Source: Candidatus Acidulodesulfobacterium ferriphilum (lineage in GTDB: Bacteria > SZUA-79 > Acidulodesulfobacterales > Acidulodesulfobacteraceae). From it: 32,000 nucleotides of DNA. The position numbers and the translations under genes were made by a program. Of this stretch, positions 23,776 through 32,000 are shown piece after piece. The stretch lies in the NCBI GenBank assembly GCA_004195035.1, contig SGBD01000003.1, positions 133,981-165,980 of the forward strand, written 5' to 3'. Numbering within the stretch: the stretch's first letter is position 1; every line of letters begins with the position of its first letter. The notes under the pieces are model-generated. The model worked only from the letters and a program-made list of their open reading frames with translations, did not search any database and was not told the origin of the DNA.

Positions 23776-24759
23776 ATGTTCAAAAATCTTTCTTTAAAAA
23801 CTAAATTTACCCTGATTATGGCGATTGTCGGATTCGCGGCAATTCTTGCCAGCCTGATCTGGACTTTAAGTTTATTTCATTATTTCGGCAGGAAAGTTCT
23901 TATCCATGAAGCACACATAATATTAAATTTTGAAAATTCCACCAGATATTATGTTTCTCAAAAATTAAGGCCGGAGGCGATAAATAGAAATAATAATTTT
24001 AATAACATACCCTATGATGCCGACGATATAGGCAGAAATGCAAAACTGCAAAAAATAATAAGCGAAAATAACGATTTTTATATACACGCTTATTCGGGGA
24101 CATCCGTTGCCATGCATGTAGGAAAATTAATGAGGGAATTCGTGCCCCCCTTCATTTATTCGGAACCCGCGTTGAGTCCGTTGAACTTAAGAGATAAAGC
24201 AAATCCGTTCGAGATTAGCGTTATAGGTAAATTTAAATCTAATCCGTCTTTAAAATCAGTCAGCGGCTTTCATGTTTTTAACGGGAAATCATATTTTTAT
24301 TTAATGGAGCCGGTTATCGTCAAGAAAAGCTGCATGGTTTGCCACGGAAATCCGTCAAACCCTTCGCCTATAACCGCGGCGGTAGTAAAAAGATACGGGG
24401 ATACGCACGGCTGGCACTGGAAGGTTGGAACGGCGGCCGGAGTCTTAAGCATCTTAGTTCCGACTAAACACAGGGCAAATATTGCATTGCACAATGCTAT
24501 CATAATAACGACGGCTTTCCTTATCCTATTTATTTTAGCTTTTATAATCGCAATCTATTTTATTAATAAGGCTATCATTAAGCCGATACACGAGATGACC
24601 AAATTGGCGGAGGATGTTTCGGTAGGCAAATCCAACGAAGATTTTAAAGTTAAAGGAAACGACGAAATAGGCGCCCTTGCTAAATCATTTAACAGGCTTA
24701 AAAAGAGCTATTTAAAAGCCGTTCAGTTATTGGCGGATAGAAATAAAGAAAAAAAATAA
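23776..24759 (+). CDS. Membrane sensor-like protein: TM, DUF3365 (c-type heme CxxCH), TM, HAMP; no output domain
   Basis: 327 aa with an AGGAGG RBS. TM1 is FTLIMAIVGFAAILASLIW. The periplasmic domain reads ...SEPALSPLNLRDKANPFE...FYLMEPVIVKKSCMVCHGNP...GDTHGWHWKVGTAAGVLSILVP, with the CMVCH codons at 24331-24345. TM2 is IIITTAFLILFILAFIIAIYFI. The HAMP is IIKPIHEMTKLAEDVSVGKSNEDFKVKGNDEIGALAKSFNRLKKSY, followed by about 20 aa and a stop. Confidence 0.8.
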   Translation: MFKNLSLKTKFTLIMAIVGFAAILASLIWTLSLFHYFGRKVLIHEAHIILNFENSTRYYVSQKLRPEAINRNNNFNNIPYDADDIGRNAKLQKIISENNDFYIHAYSGTSVAMHVGKLMREFVPPFIYSEPALSPLNLRDKANPFEISVIGKFKSNPSLKSVSGFHVFNGKSYFYLMEPVIVKKSCMVCHGNPSNPSPITAAVVKRYGDTHGWHWKVGTAAGVLSILVPTKHRANIALHNAIIITTAFLILFILAFIIAIYFINKAIIKPIHEMTKLAEDVSVGKSNEDFKVKGNDEIGALAKSFNRLKKSYLKAVQLLADRNKEKK

Positions 24760-24783
24760 AAAAACAGGGTTAGGGGAGGTCTT

Positions 24784-25692
24784 ATGTTTAAAAATCTTTC
24801 TTTGAAAAAGAAATTTACCGTAATTATGTTAATTGTCGGGTTCGCTGCAAACTTAACCGTTGCCGTGGGCGCTTTTTATTATATTCAGCAATTTAAGAAA
24901 AACGAGCTGATGCATGAAGCAAAAATGGTTCTTTTTGCGGAAAAGGCGGCAAGAGATTACGATTCCGGCAGTTTAAGACCCGCGGTTATGAAAGCAACCG
25001 ACAAATTTGTTATTCAGGCCGAATCAGCCACATTTTTAGCCCTCGGCGTTGCAAAATTGATTAAAAAGTTTCTGCCTCATTATACATATTCTGAGCCGAC
25101 GCTTAACCCTTTAAATTTAAAAAATAAGGCAAATTCATTTCAGGAAAAAATCATAGACAGGTTTAAATCCAGCCCTTTTTTAAAATCGGTAAGCGGTTAT
25201 CACACATTTAACGGTTTATCTTACTTTTATGTGATGAAGCCCGTTGTGGCAAAACAGGGATGCATGGTTTGCCACGGCAATCCCGAAAATAATTCTCCTA
25301 TAACCCAGGCCATTGTTAAAAAATACGGAGATACGCACGGCTGGCACTGGAAGGTTGGGACGGTCATAGGGGCTCTGAGTGTTTGGGTTCCTACAAAATA
25401 CATAGACCAGGCCGCTGTTAACGATTCTATTATAATAGGCGTCGCAATCTTTGTCCTGCCGTTTTTGGCATTCTTAATAGCGCTTTTATTTATAGACAAA
25501 GTTATTATAAATCCGATACACGATATGGCGAAATTGGCGGAGGATGTTTCGGTCGGCAAGTCAAACGAGGATTTTAAAGCCAGAGGAAACGACGAAATAG
25601 GCGCTCTTGCCAAATCATTTAACAGGCTTAAAAAGAGCTATTTAAAAGCCGTTCAGTTATTGGTGGAGAGAAATAAAGACAAAGATAAATAA
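24784..25692 (+). CDS. Paralogous TM, DUF3365 (c-heme), TM, HAMP protein; no output domain
   Basis: 302 aa with a GGGGAGG RBS and the same architecture: the CMVCH codons at 25261-25275, GDTHGWHWKVGTVIGALSVWVP, TM2 IIIGVAIFVLPFLAFLIALLFI, and HAMP IINPIHDMAKLAEDVSVGKSNEDFKARGNDEIGALAKSFNRLKKSY. It begins 24 nt after the first copy. Confidence 0.8.
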   Translation: MFKNLSLKKKFTVIMLIVGFAANLTVAVGAFYYIQQFKKNELMHEAKMVLFAEKAARDYDSGSLRPAVMKATDKFVIQAESATFLALGVAKLIKKFLPHYTYSEPTLNPLNLKNKANSFQEKIIDRFKSSPFLKSVSGYHTFNGLSYFYVMKPVVAKQGCMVCHGNPENNSPITQAIVKKYGDTHGWHWKVGTVIGALSVWVPTKYIDQAAVNDSIIIGVAIFVLPFLAFLIALLFIDKVIINPIHDMAKLAEDVSVGKSNEDFKARGNDEIGALAKSFNRLKKSYLKAVQLLVERNKDKDK

Positions 25693-25774
25693 AAATATTT
25701 TTGTTATCCTTGAAAAAATATATTTTCGAGATATACTTAAAGCAGATGCGGTAAAAAAGAAATAATAAGGCGTA

Positions 25775-27109
25775 ATGCTTAAGGTCCTGTTTTATCTAAC
25801 GGGATGCGGGGTTTACAGGCAAATGGAAAATAAAAATAGCTTGAAGGTTACTCTTGTGTTTAATCGGGATTTGTTAAATAAAGCCGAAATAAAAAAGATA
25901 ATCTATGTTAAAATTCCCGACGAGAAAAAGAAAAATAATTTAATTAAAAAATTAGAAGTAAAGGCCTTAGATGAAAATATCCGGTTTCAAAAAAGAAAGC
26001 TTCCGCAGTCTTTTAATCCCGTATTTAAAGGGCATATCCTTTTTTCAGAAAAAATAGAATTAAGCGATAAAAAACTTATCGATTTTGCAAATATATTTTT
26101 TGAGAGATTGGAAGAAAATTTTGGAATAAATGTCATAAATTATAGTTTGATAGATGCCAAAAAAGGCGCTCTGAAAGAAAATTACAAATTAAAATTGTTT
26201 GATTTCGAGATATTTAATTATAATTTTATTGAGCATAGGGCTATAAAAAAGGGGTTAACCGTCGCAGGCGGCGCAAAAGAAATTAACGAACTTGCGGAAA
26301 CCATTTTTGTTAAACCGGAATTAAAAATTAGAGTCAGAGAGAAAAAACCTGCAAAGCCCGCCCTGAAAAAGGCGTTTAAGATAAAAGAGGAAAAGGCGCT
26401 TAAAACACCGGGGGAAAAAGCCAAACCTAAAAAAATCGTTAATAAAAAAGCCATCCGCGGTAAAGCAGTAAAAGAAAATGAGCCTGCCGAGGCTTTCAGG
26501 GCATTTGAAGCCCCCGAAGAACAGGCAGCCGGAGCGGTAGAAGTTAGCGAAGCCAATACTTCCGCCGGTACCCGCGAACAGGTAAGCTTAATCTCTTTGA
26601 ATTGGAGCTTATTAAGCCCGTCAGAAAGCCTTCCTGTGCTTGAGAATGGCGAGCCTGAGGAGATAAGGCAAAATAGCTGGGTAAGGATTTATTTTCAAAA
26701 ACCGAGCGTCAGGCAGGTTGTTTGGAGATTAAGGGATAAACCGGGAACAAATTCTGCGAGACCTATTCTAAGAGTTTATGTCGATGATAAAATGCTTTGG
26801 TATGAACTGTTAGATAATCAATTTGGAAGCAGGTACATTATTTTTCCCGATGATTATGAATTAGCTAAGACATGGGTGGAGATCGGATATATATTAGAAA
26901 AAGGGGAATTTATATTTATAGCGAGAAGTCCTATCTGGCCGCCTGCCTGCTTATTTAAAAGGCTGCCGAAAATAAATTCCAAAAAAAGAATTCCTAAAGG
27001 GGTCGCCTTAATAGGCGCAACGGAAAGTATCCCCGGAGGCAGGCATCTTCCGGTTAATTTATCCGGCGGTTCGGGGGCAGGCTTTTTTGTTTCGGGCGCA
27101 GGAAAATAA
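25775..27109 (+). CDS. Hypothetical protein: unknown N-terminal domain, Lys/Ala/Pro-rich linker, DUF4912-like C-terminal domain
   Basis: 444 aa (possibly starting at ATG 25823, MENKNS...). The C-terminal region PILRVYVDDKMLWYELLDNQFGSRYIIFPDDYELAKTWVEIGYILEKGEFIFIARSPIWPP follows the DUF4912 pattern as I recall it (...lRvyd...W.y.v.p....y.vElG......f..lARSn.v..P). That family is commonly found next to GH57 branching enzymes. The linker is KKPAKPALKKAFKIKEEKALKTPGEKAKPKKIVNKK. Confidence 0.55.
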   Translation: MLKVLFYLTGCGVYRQMENKNSLKVTLVFNRDLLNKAEIKKIIYVKIPDEKKKNNLIKKLEVKALDENIRFQKRKLPQSFNPVFKGHILFSEKIELSDKKLIDFANIFFERLEENFGINVINYSLIDAKKGALKENYKLKLFDFEIFNYNFIEHRAIKKGLTVAGGAKEINELAETIFVKPELKIRVREKKPAKPALKKAFKIKEEKALKTPGEKAKPKKIVNKKAIRGKAVKENEPAEAFRAFEAPEEQAAGAVEVSEANTSAGTREQVSLISLNWSLLSPSESLPVLENGEPEEIRQNSWVRIYFQKPSVRQVVWRLRDKPGTNSARPILRVYVDDKMLWYELLDNQFGSRYIIFPDDYELAKTWVEIGYILEKGEFIFIARSPIWPPACLFKRLPKINSKKRIPKGVALIGATESIPGGRHLPVNLSGGSGAGFFVSGAGK

Positions 27110-27129
27110 GTAAGGTAATAATTTTACAT

Positions 27130-28827
27130 ATGAACAATAAAACAGGAAAATGGATTCCCGTCCTGCATTTTCACTTACCGTTTGTCAGGCATCCGGAAAG
27201 TCCGAAATATTTGGAAGAGGAGTGGTATTTCGAAGCGGTTACCGAAACATATCTCCCTTTATTGGAGGTTTTTGAAAATCTTGAAAGAGACAATGTGGAT
27301 TATTGTCTCACAATGTCTTTGACGCCGACACTTTTGAGTATGATGAATGACGATTTGCTTTCCGAACGGCTGGGGGAGTATGTCAGACTTCGTTTAAAGG
27401 TTTTGGATGAAGAGGCGTTCAGAACGGAAGGCGACCCCGATTTTCACCCTGTTACCCTTTTTTACAGGCAAAGGTATAAAAATTGGTACGAAAGAATAAA
27501 AAACGGCGGCGGGAAATACCTTATAAATGGGTTTTTAAGTCACTATGCAAAAGGGCATTTAGATATTATAACCTCTGCCGCCACCCATGGATTTCTTATG
27601 TCTATGGTGGGGGAACCTGAGGCCATAACCGCCCAAATCGAGGTTGGGATAGAAACGCATAAAAATATTTTAGGAATAACCCCGACGGGCATATGGCTTC
27701 CGGAGTGCGGCTATACCGGCGGGTTCGATGCGATTCTTGAGCGGCATGGTTTAAAATACACATTTCTTGACCAGCACGGAATCGAATTAGCCGAGCCTGA
27801 ACCGCCTAACGGCTGTTTTTCTCCTATTATCTCTCCGTTTAATGTCGTAATGTTCGGCAGGGATCCTGAAAGCTCAAGGCAAGTGTGGTCTTCAAAAGAG
27901 GGGTACCCGGGTACTCCCGTTTATCGCGAGTTTTATAGGGATGTCGGATTTGATTTAGACCTGCCGCATCTGACCCCTTTAAGGCATGGCGGCATTAAGA
28001 CTTTTACGGGGCTTAAATATTATGCCATTACCGGAAGCGGAACATATAAAGAGGCTTATAGGCCTTCAGCCGCAAAAAGAAAGGCTTATGAACACGGCGC
28101 TCAGTTTGTCTATCACAGGGAACTTCAATCAAATTATCTTAAGGAGTTTATCGATGAACCGCTTATCGTTTCTATGTATGACGCCGAACTCTTTGGGCAC
28201 TGGTGGTTTGAAGGACCGTGGTGGTTTGAATCCGTGTTTAGAAGAATGCATGAAAATAATTTTATAAAAGGGGTTACGGCAAAGGAGGTCGCGGAAACTT
28301 CATTACGCAGATACAATGAGACGGTAAAATATATCCGCAAAAGTGAAAAGGACGGAGACAATGAAAATGAAAGTTTTTCGGAGTTTGCCGCCAATGTTTA
28401 TGATAGGAATAATATTTGGGTCGCGGAGCCTGCGACATCCTCATGGGGCGGCGGCGGGTATGCAGAAGTGTGGCTTAATGGAAAAAACGACATCATACAG
28501 CCTTTTTTGACGGATTTAGTTATGGAATTAATCGATATTTGCGCAAACAGATATGATGATGTAAAATATCAGGAGGTAATTAATCAGGCGGCAAGAGAAC
28601 TTCTTTTAGCCCAGTCCAGCGATTGGCCGTTTTTGCTTACGACCGGGCAGGCGGTAAGTTATGCGGAAAGGCGGGTTAAGGCGCACCTGGCAAGAGCCAG
28701 AAGGTGTATTTTAATGTCCGTCGGCAAAGAACCGTATGATGAAAAATGGTTTAAGGATATAGCGGGTAAAGACAATATATTTCCATGGATAAATGCTAAG
28801 GCTCTATACGGCAAAAGTATTTGTTAA
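27130..28827 (+). CDS. GH57-family 1,4-alpha-glucan branching enzyme (GH57 catalytic domain plus DUF1957-type C-terminus)
   Basis: 565 aa with the GH57 conserved regions: PVLHFHLPFVRHPE, LDIITSAATHGF, GIWLPECGY (nucleophile Glu), SMYDAELFGHWWFEG (acid/base Asp, a hallmark of GH57 branching enzymes) and LLAQSSDWPF. Confidence 0.85.
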   Translation: MNNKTGKWIPVLHFHLPFVRHPESPKYLEEEWYFEAVTETYLPLLEVFENLERDNVDYCLTMSLTPTLLSMMNDDLLSERLGEYVRLRLKVLDEEAFRTEGDPDFHPVTLFYRQRYKNWYERIKNGGGKYLINGFLSHYAKGHLDIITSAATHGFLMSMVGEPEAITAQIEVGIETHKNILGITPTGIWLPECGYTGGFDAILERHGLKYTFLDQHGIELAEPEPPNGCFSPIISPFNVVMFGRDPESSRQVWSSKEGYPGTPVYREFYRDVGFDLDLPHLTPLRHGGIKTFTGLKYYAITGSGTYKEAYRPSAAKRKAYEHGAQFVYHRELQSNYLKEFIDEPLIVSMYDAELFGHWWFEGPWWFESVFRRMHENNFIKGVTAKEVAETSLRRYNETVKYIRKSEKDGDNENESFSEFAANVYDRNNIWVAEPATSSWGGGGYAEVWLNGKNDIIQPFLTDLVMELIDICANRYDDVKYQEVINQAARELLLAQSSDWPFLLTTGQAVSYAERRVKAHLARARRCILMSVGKEPYDEKWFKDIAGKDNIFPWINAKALYGKSIC

Positions 28828-28856
28828 CGCATTTTTACGGGGAGAATATAAATTAA

Positions 28857-30671
28857 ATGGATTTAGTTCTGTGGTGGCATATGCATCAGCCTGATTACAG
28901 GGACTTAAACGGCGAATTTATGCTTCCATGGGTTTACCTCCATGCCATAAAAGATTATATCGATATGCCTTTAAATATAATGGCAAACCCGGGCATGAAG
29001 GCTAATATAAATATTACCCCGGTTTTAATAGACGAATGGCAGGATTATAATTATTTATTAAAAAAGGCCTTGAACGAGATAGATGCGGTTAAAGCCGTTC
29101 AAATAATACCCGACCCTTTTTTAAGACCGCTTCTTCTTCAAAAATTGGATGATAAAACAAAATCATGGATGATAGTGCATTATAAATGGGCAAATTATGA
29201 AAGAATGGTGAAGCGGTTTGAACATTATAAAACGCTTTTTGATATAACATCGTCAGCTTTCAATGTTTTTTATCTCAACGATTCTTACTATTTCGATTTG
29301 TGCGTCTGGTTTCATCTTGCCTGGTGCGGGGAATGGATGAAAAGATATGACCCCGTGATCAATTATTTTTTTAAGAAAGGGCATAATTTTACTATCGACG
29401 ACAGGCGTTTACTTCTTAAAAGACTGGCAGAATGGATGAATTACGGCGTATCTTTATATGGATTTCCGGCGGTTAAAGGTGGAAAAAATCCAACCCTGCC
29501 CCCCAAATATCCAAATTTTATCGAAAAAGATAAACTGAACGAATTAAATAAAAAAAGGGCGGGCGAGTATTTCGTGACGCTTTCCCCAAATTATCATCCG
29601 ATTATTCCCCTCCTTATCGATATTCATGGAGGAGCCATTTCCGCTCAAATGACCGATATAAACTATGAACCCGTCAACATTCCTGAATATCCCGAAGGCC
29701 TTGACAGCGCCAAAAAACACCTCGATATACTAAATGATTACTGGGCCGAGTCTGGCAAGGATATCAAGGCGTTATGGCCGTCCGAAGGGGCGCTGTCTTC
29801 GCAATCGCTTGACCTTTTTAATGAGTACGGCATAGATATTTGCGCAAGCGGAGAAGAACTTCTTTCCATGTCCATGGGAATAGATGTACGCAAGCCGGCT
29901 TCAACCCACGGCAGAAATGTTATACCCCTCTATAAGGTTTACAAATGGAAAAATACGAATCTTAAAATAATTTTTAGAGACTCCGGACTTTCCGATTTAA
30001 TAGGATTTACTTATGCTAACTGGAGGGGGGACGATGCGGCAAACAATCTTGTGGGTAAACTGAATTCTATAGATGATTTTGATAAAGAGGCTGTTGTCGC
30101 TATTATATTAGACGGCGAAAACGCTTGGGAATATTATCACGAAAACGGGTTTTATTTCTTAAATGATTTATATTCGTTAATTTCCTCGTCAATTAAAATA
30201 AATCCGTTATTTATAGACGATATTTATAAAAATTACGATGCGGATAACTGCATTAGACTTGACTATATATATCCAGGCTCATGGGTAAATGGCAATCTGG
30301 GTATGTGGGTCGGGGAAGAGCAGAAAAATAAGGCATGGGTTTTGCTCTGCAATGCAAAGGAAGAATTCTTAAACTGGGTTAATGGCTTAATGGATAACGA
30401 GGAAAATAGCAACAACAAAATAATCAAAAAAAGGATTAATTCGGCATTAAGACTGCTTATGGCGGCAGAAGGGTCGGATTGGTTTTGGTGGCTTGGGAAG
30501 GATAGCCCTCTTTTTTCTCAATACTCTATGGAGAAAATTTTCAGGAATTTTTTAAAAAATCTTTATATAACAATGGACAAGCCCGTGCCAAACAACCTTT
30601 TCCGTTCTTTAGCTTCCACAGAAAAAACTATTGCGGAAATGGGCGGAGCAATGCAAAGGGGGCATAAGTGA
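28857..30671 (+). CDS. GH57-family glycoside hydrolase (amylase / amylopullulanase-like subgroup, specificity unknown)
   Basis: 604 aa with LVLWWHMHQPDYR, ALWPSEGALS (candidate nucleophile Glu), AIILDGENAWEY (candidate Asp) and MAAEGSDWFWW. Confidence 0.8.
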   Translation: MDLVLWWHMHQPDYRDLNGEFMLPWVYLHAIKDYIDMPLNIMANPGMKANINITPVLIDEWQDYNYLLKKALNEIDAVKAVQIIPDPFLRPLLLQKLDDKTKSWMIVHYKWANYERMVKRFEHYKTLFDITSSAFNVFYLNDSYYFDLCVWFHLAWCGEWMKRYDPVINYFFKKGHNFTIDDRRLLLKRLAEWMNYGVSLYGFPAVKGGKNPTLPPKYPNFIEKDKLNELNKKRAGEYFVTLSPNYHPIIPLLIDIHGGAISAQMTDINYEPVNIPEYPEGLDSAKKHLDILNDYWAESGKDIKALWPSEGALSSQSLDLFNEYGIDICASGEELLSMSMGIDVRKPASTHGRNVIPLYKVYKWKNTNLKIIFRDSGLSDLIGFTYANWRGDDAANNLVGKLNSIDDFDKEAVVAIILDGENAWEYYHENGFYFLNDLYSLISSSIKINPLFIDDIYKNYDADNCIRLDYIYPGSWVNGNLGMWVGEEQKNKAWVLLCNAKEEFLNWVNGLMDNEENSNNKIIKKRINSALRLLMAAEGSDWFWWLGKDSPLFSQYSMEKIFRNFLKNLYITMDKPVPNNLFRSLASTEKTIAEMGGAMQRGHK

Positions 30672-30680
30672 AAATTCGCC

Positions 30681-32000
30681 ATGGTTAATTTTATTTTAGG
30701 TTTTCACTGCCATCAACCCGAAGGAAATTTTGATTTCGTTTTTCAAGAGATTCACAAAAAATCGTACAGTCCGCTTATCAGAACCCTTTTAAAATATAAT
30801 GTAAAGTTTTGTTTTCATGCCTCGGGGGTATTACTTGAGTGGTTGGGGGAAAATGACCCTGAATTATTAAGCCTAATTGCAAAAGCGGTCAAATCCGATC
30901 AAATCGAATTAATGGGCGGCGGCTATTATGAACCGATACTTGCAATGGTGCCGCAAAAGGACAGGATAGCCCAGCTTGAAATGTTGAGCGAAAGCCTATT
31001 CAGGCTTTTCGGGAAATATCCGCAAGGGGCGTGGATTACGGAAAGAATATGGCAGCCTGACATAATTAAGGATTTAAAAGAAGTTGGTTTAAGTTATGCC
31101 TTTTTGGATGATTTTCAATTTTTTCAGGCAGGTATATCTCCTAACGATATAGATAGTATTTTCAGGACGGAATATGACGGGGCATATCTGGATATATTTC
31201 CTATACATGAAAGACTGAGATACAAACTCCCCTTCGCAAACCCGGACGAGTCATTAAACGAGGTTTTATATTTAAACGGCAGGATTTCAAACCTTTCCGT
31301 GATGTTTGACGACGGCGAAAAAATGGGGGGATGGCCCGATACTCATGAATGGGTTTACGGCAAAGACGGCAAAGAGGGATGGCTCGATAATTTTATAAAA
31401 CTGGCAAATAATAGTCATTTGCCGCTAAAATTTGAGCTTCCTTCAAGTATTTTAAATAATACATCCAAAAGGGTCCCTGTATATTTGCCTATTTCGAGTT
31501 ACAGGGAAATGGGGGAGTGGACACTGCCCGTAGAAAAGAGGCATAATTATGAAATTATAAAGTCGGAAAATCCTTTGGCGCCGTTAGGCGGAGGTATATG
31601 GCATAATTTTTTAACAAGGTATCCCGAAGCAAATTTACTTCACAAAAGAATGCTGAATTTAAGCTATAAAATCAATTATGCAATTAAAACATACCGTAAA
31701 AACCTTAAAGAGGCTTTAAACGAGCTTCTAAAGTCTCAGGCTAACGATGCGTACTGGCACGGCGTTTTTGGCGGGATTTATCTTCCCCACCTTAGAAGGG
31801 CTGTTCATAAAGCCCTTATCACATCTTATTTGCTGTATAAGGAGAAGGTTAAAGAAGGTATGGAAATAGAAATGTATGATTTTGATATGGACGGGGAAAA
31901 AGAAATCCAGCTTTCCAATAATTGCTGGCTTATCATATATAAGCCGTCTGCAGGCTCTTTTTTGGCGTTAGATTATTTAGGTAAGGGCTTAATTCATTCT
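30681..32000 (+). CDS. GH57-family 4-alpha-glucanotransferase / alpha-amylase (AmyC-like), 3' end truncated by the window
   Basis: This ORF is not in the ORF track because it has no stop within the window. I translated it from ATG 30681 and it stays open for 440 codons to position 32000. All five GH57 regions are present: FILGFHCHQPEGN, DQIELMGGGYYEPIL, GAWITERIW, SVMFDDGEKMGGWP and SQANDAYWHGVFGGIYLPHLR. Confidence 0.85.
   Translation, partial: MVNFILGFHCHQPEGNFDFVFQEIHKKSYSPLIRTLLKYNVKFCFHASGVLLEWLGENDPELLSLIAKAVKSDQIELMGGGYYEPILAMVPQKDRIAQLEMLSESLFRLFGKYPQGAWITERIWQPDIIKDLKEVGLSYAFLDDFQFFQAGISPNDIDSIFRTEYDGAYLDIFPIHERLRYKLPFANPDESLNEVLYLNGRISNLSVMFDDGEKMGGWPDTHEWVYGKDGKEGWLDNFIKLANNSHLPLKFELPSSILNNTSKRVPVYLPISSYREMGEWTLPVEKRHNYEIIKSENPLAPLGGGIWHNFLTRYPEANLLHKRMLNLSYKINYAIKTYRKNLKEALNELLKSQANDAYWHGVFGGIYLPHLRRAVHKALITSYLLYKEKVKEGMEIEMYDFDMDGEKEIQLSNNCWLIIYKPSAGSFLALDYLGKGLIHS

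Noticed and set aside
26340-26620. G+C-rich stretch in the middle of the 25775-27109 gene as a possible foreign insertion
   Set aside because: It is explained by the Lys/Ala/Pro/Glu-rich linker it encodes. The reading frame is continuous and no flanking repeats were seen.
27986-28394. ORFs 27986-28267 (+) and 28134-28394 (-) inside the GH57 branching-enzyme gene
   Set aside because: They are alternative-frame or antisense artefacts within a gene whose own frame carries all the GH57 motifs.
1-32000. Search for CRISPR arrays, rRNA, transposases/IS ends and toxin-antitoxin pairs
   Set aside because: No regularly spaced direct repeats, rRNA-like segments or transposase-like ORFs were found. The only recombinase is the tyrosine integrase at 1447-2532.

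Overview
Low-GC (about one-third G+C by eye) chromosomal segment from a diderm bacterium; no phylum can be assigned from the sequence alone. No homology search was possible. All family names come from motifs I recognise in the translated ORFs, and all repeats and hairpins were checked by hand. Left to right: (1) 1-2613 is the right end of an integrative element. It holds a replication-relaxation-like gene, a 387-bp non-coding stretch with a 40-bp-stem hairpin and purine hexamer repeats, then xis and a tyrosine integrase ending 5 nt from tRNA-Lys(CUU). The rest of the element lies off-window to the left. (2) 2852-8669 is an accessory-looking redox/metal cluster: a PRTase, a DUF59 protein plus a ~12-TM protein, a convergent hemerythrin plus double-DUF2249 operon, a GcvH-like plus thioredoxin-like pair, and a secreted DUF302-like protein. 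The two convergent operons each carry a near-identical CRP/FNR-type box about 120 nt upstream of the start codon. (3) A class II (B12) ribonucleotide reductase lies on the minus strand with NrdR-box-like palindromes upstream. (4) tolQ-tolR-tolA-tolB-cpoB follow with no pal gene, and CpoB carries a lipobox. (5) Housekeeping genes tsaD, rsmA and glpK. (6) A tightly packed run of TPR protein, Pol-beta-type nucleotidyltransferase, fxsA and panD, then a GC-rich structured spacer, an amidohydrolase and panC. (7) Two tandem paralogues with the architecture TM, c-heme DUF3365 domain, TM, HAMP, then stop; they have no output domain. (8) A DUF4912-like protein followed by three tandem GH57 alpha-glucan enzymes, the last truncated by the window edge. 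The best candidates for something undescribed are the output-less heme-HAMP pair, the co-regulated hemerythrin/DUF2249/DUF59/12-TM module, and the large hairpin locus in the mobile element. No CRISPR array, rRNA or transposase was seen.
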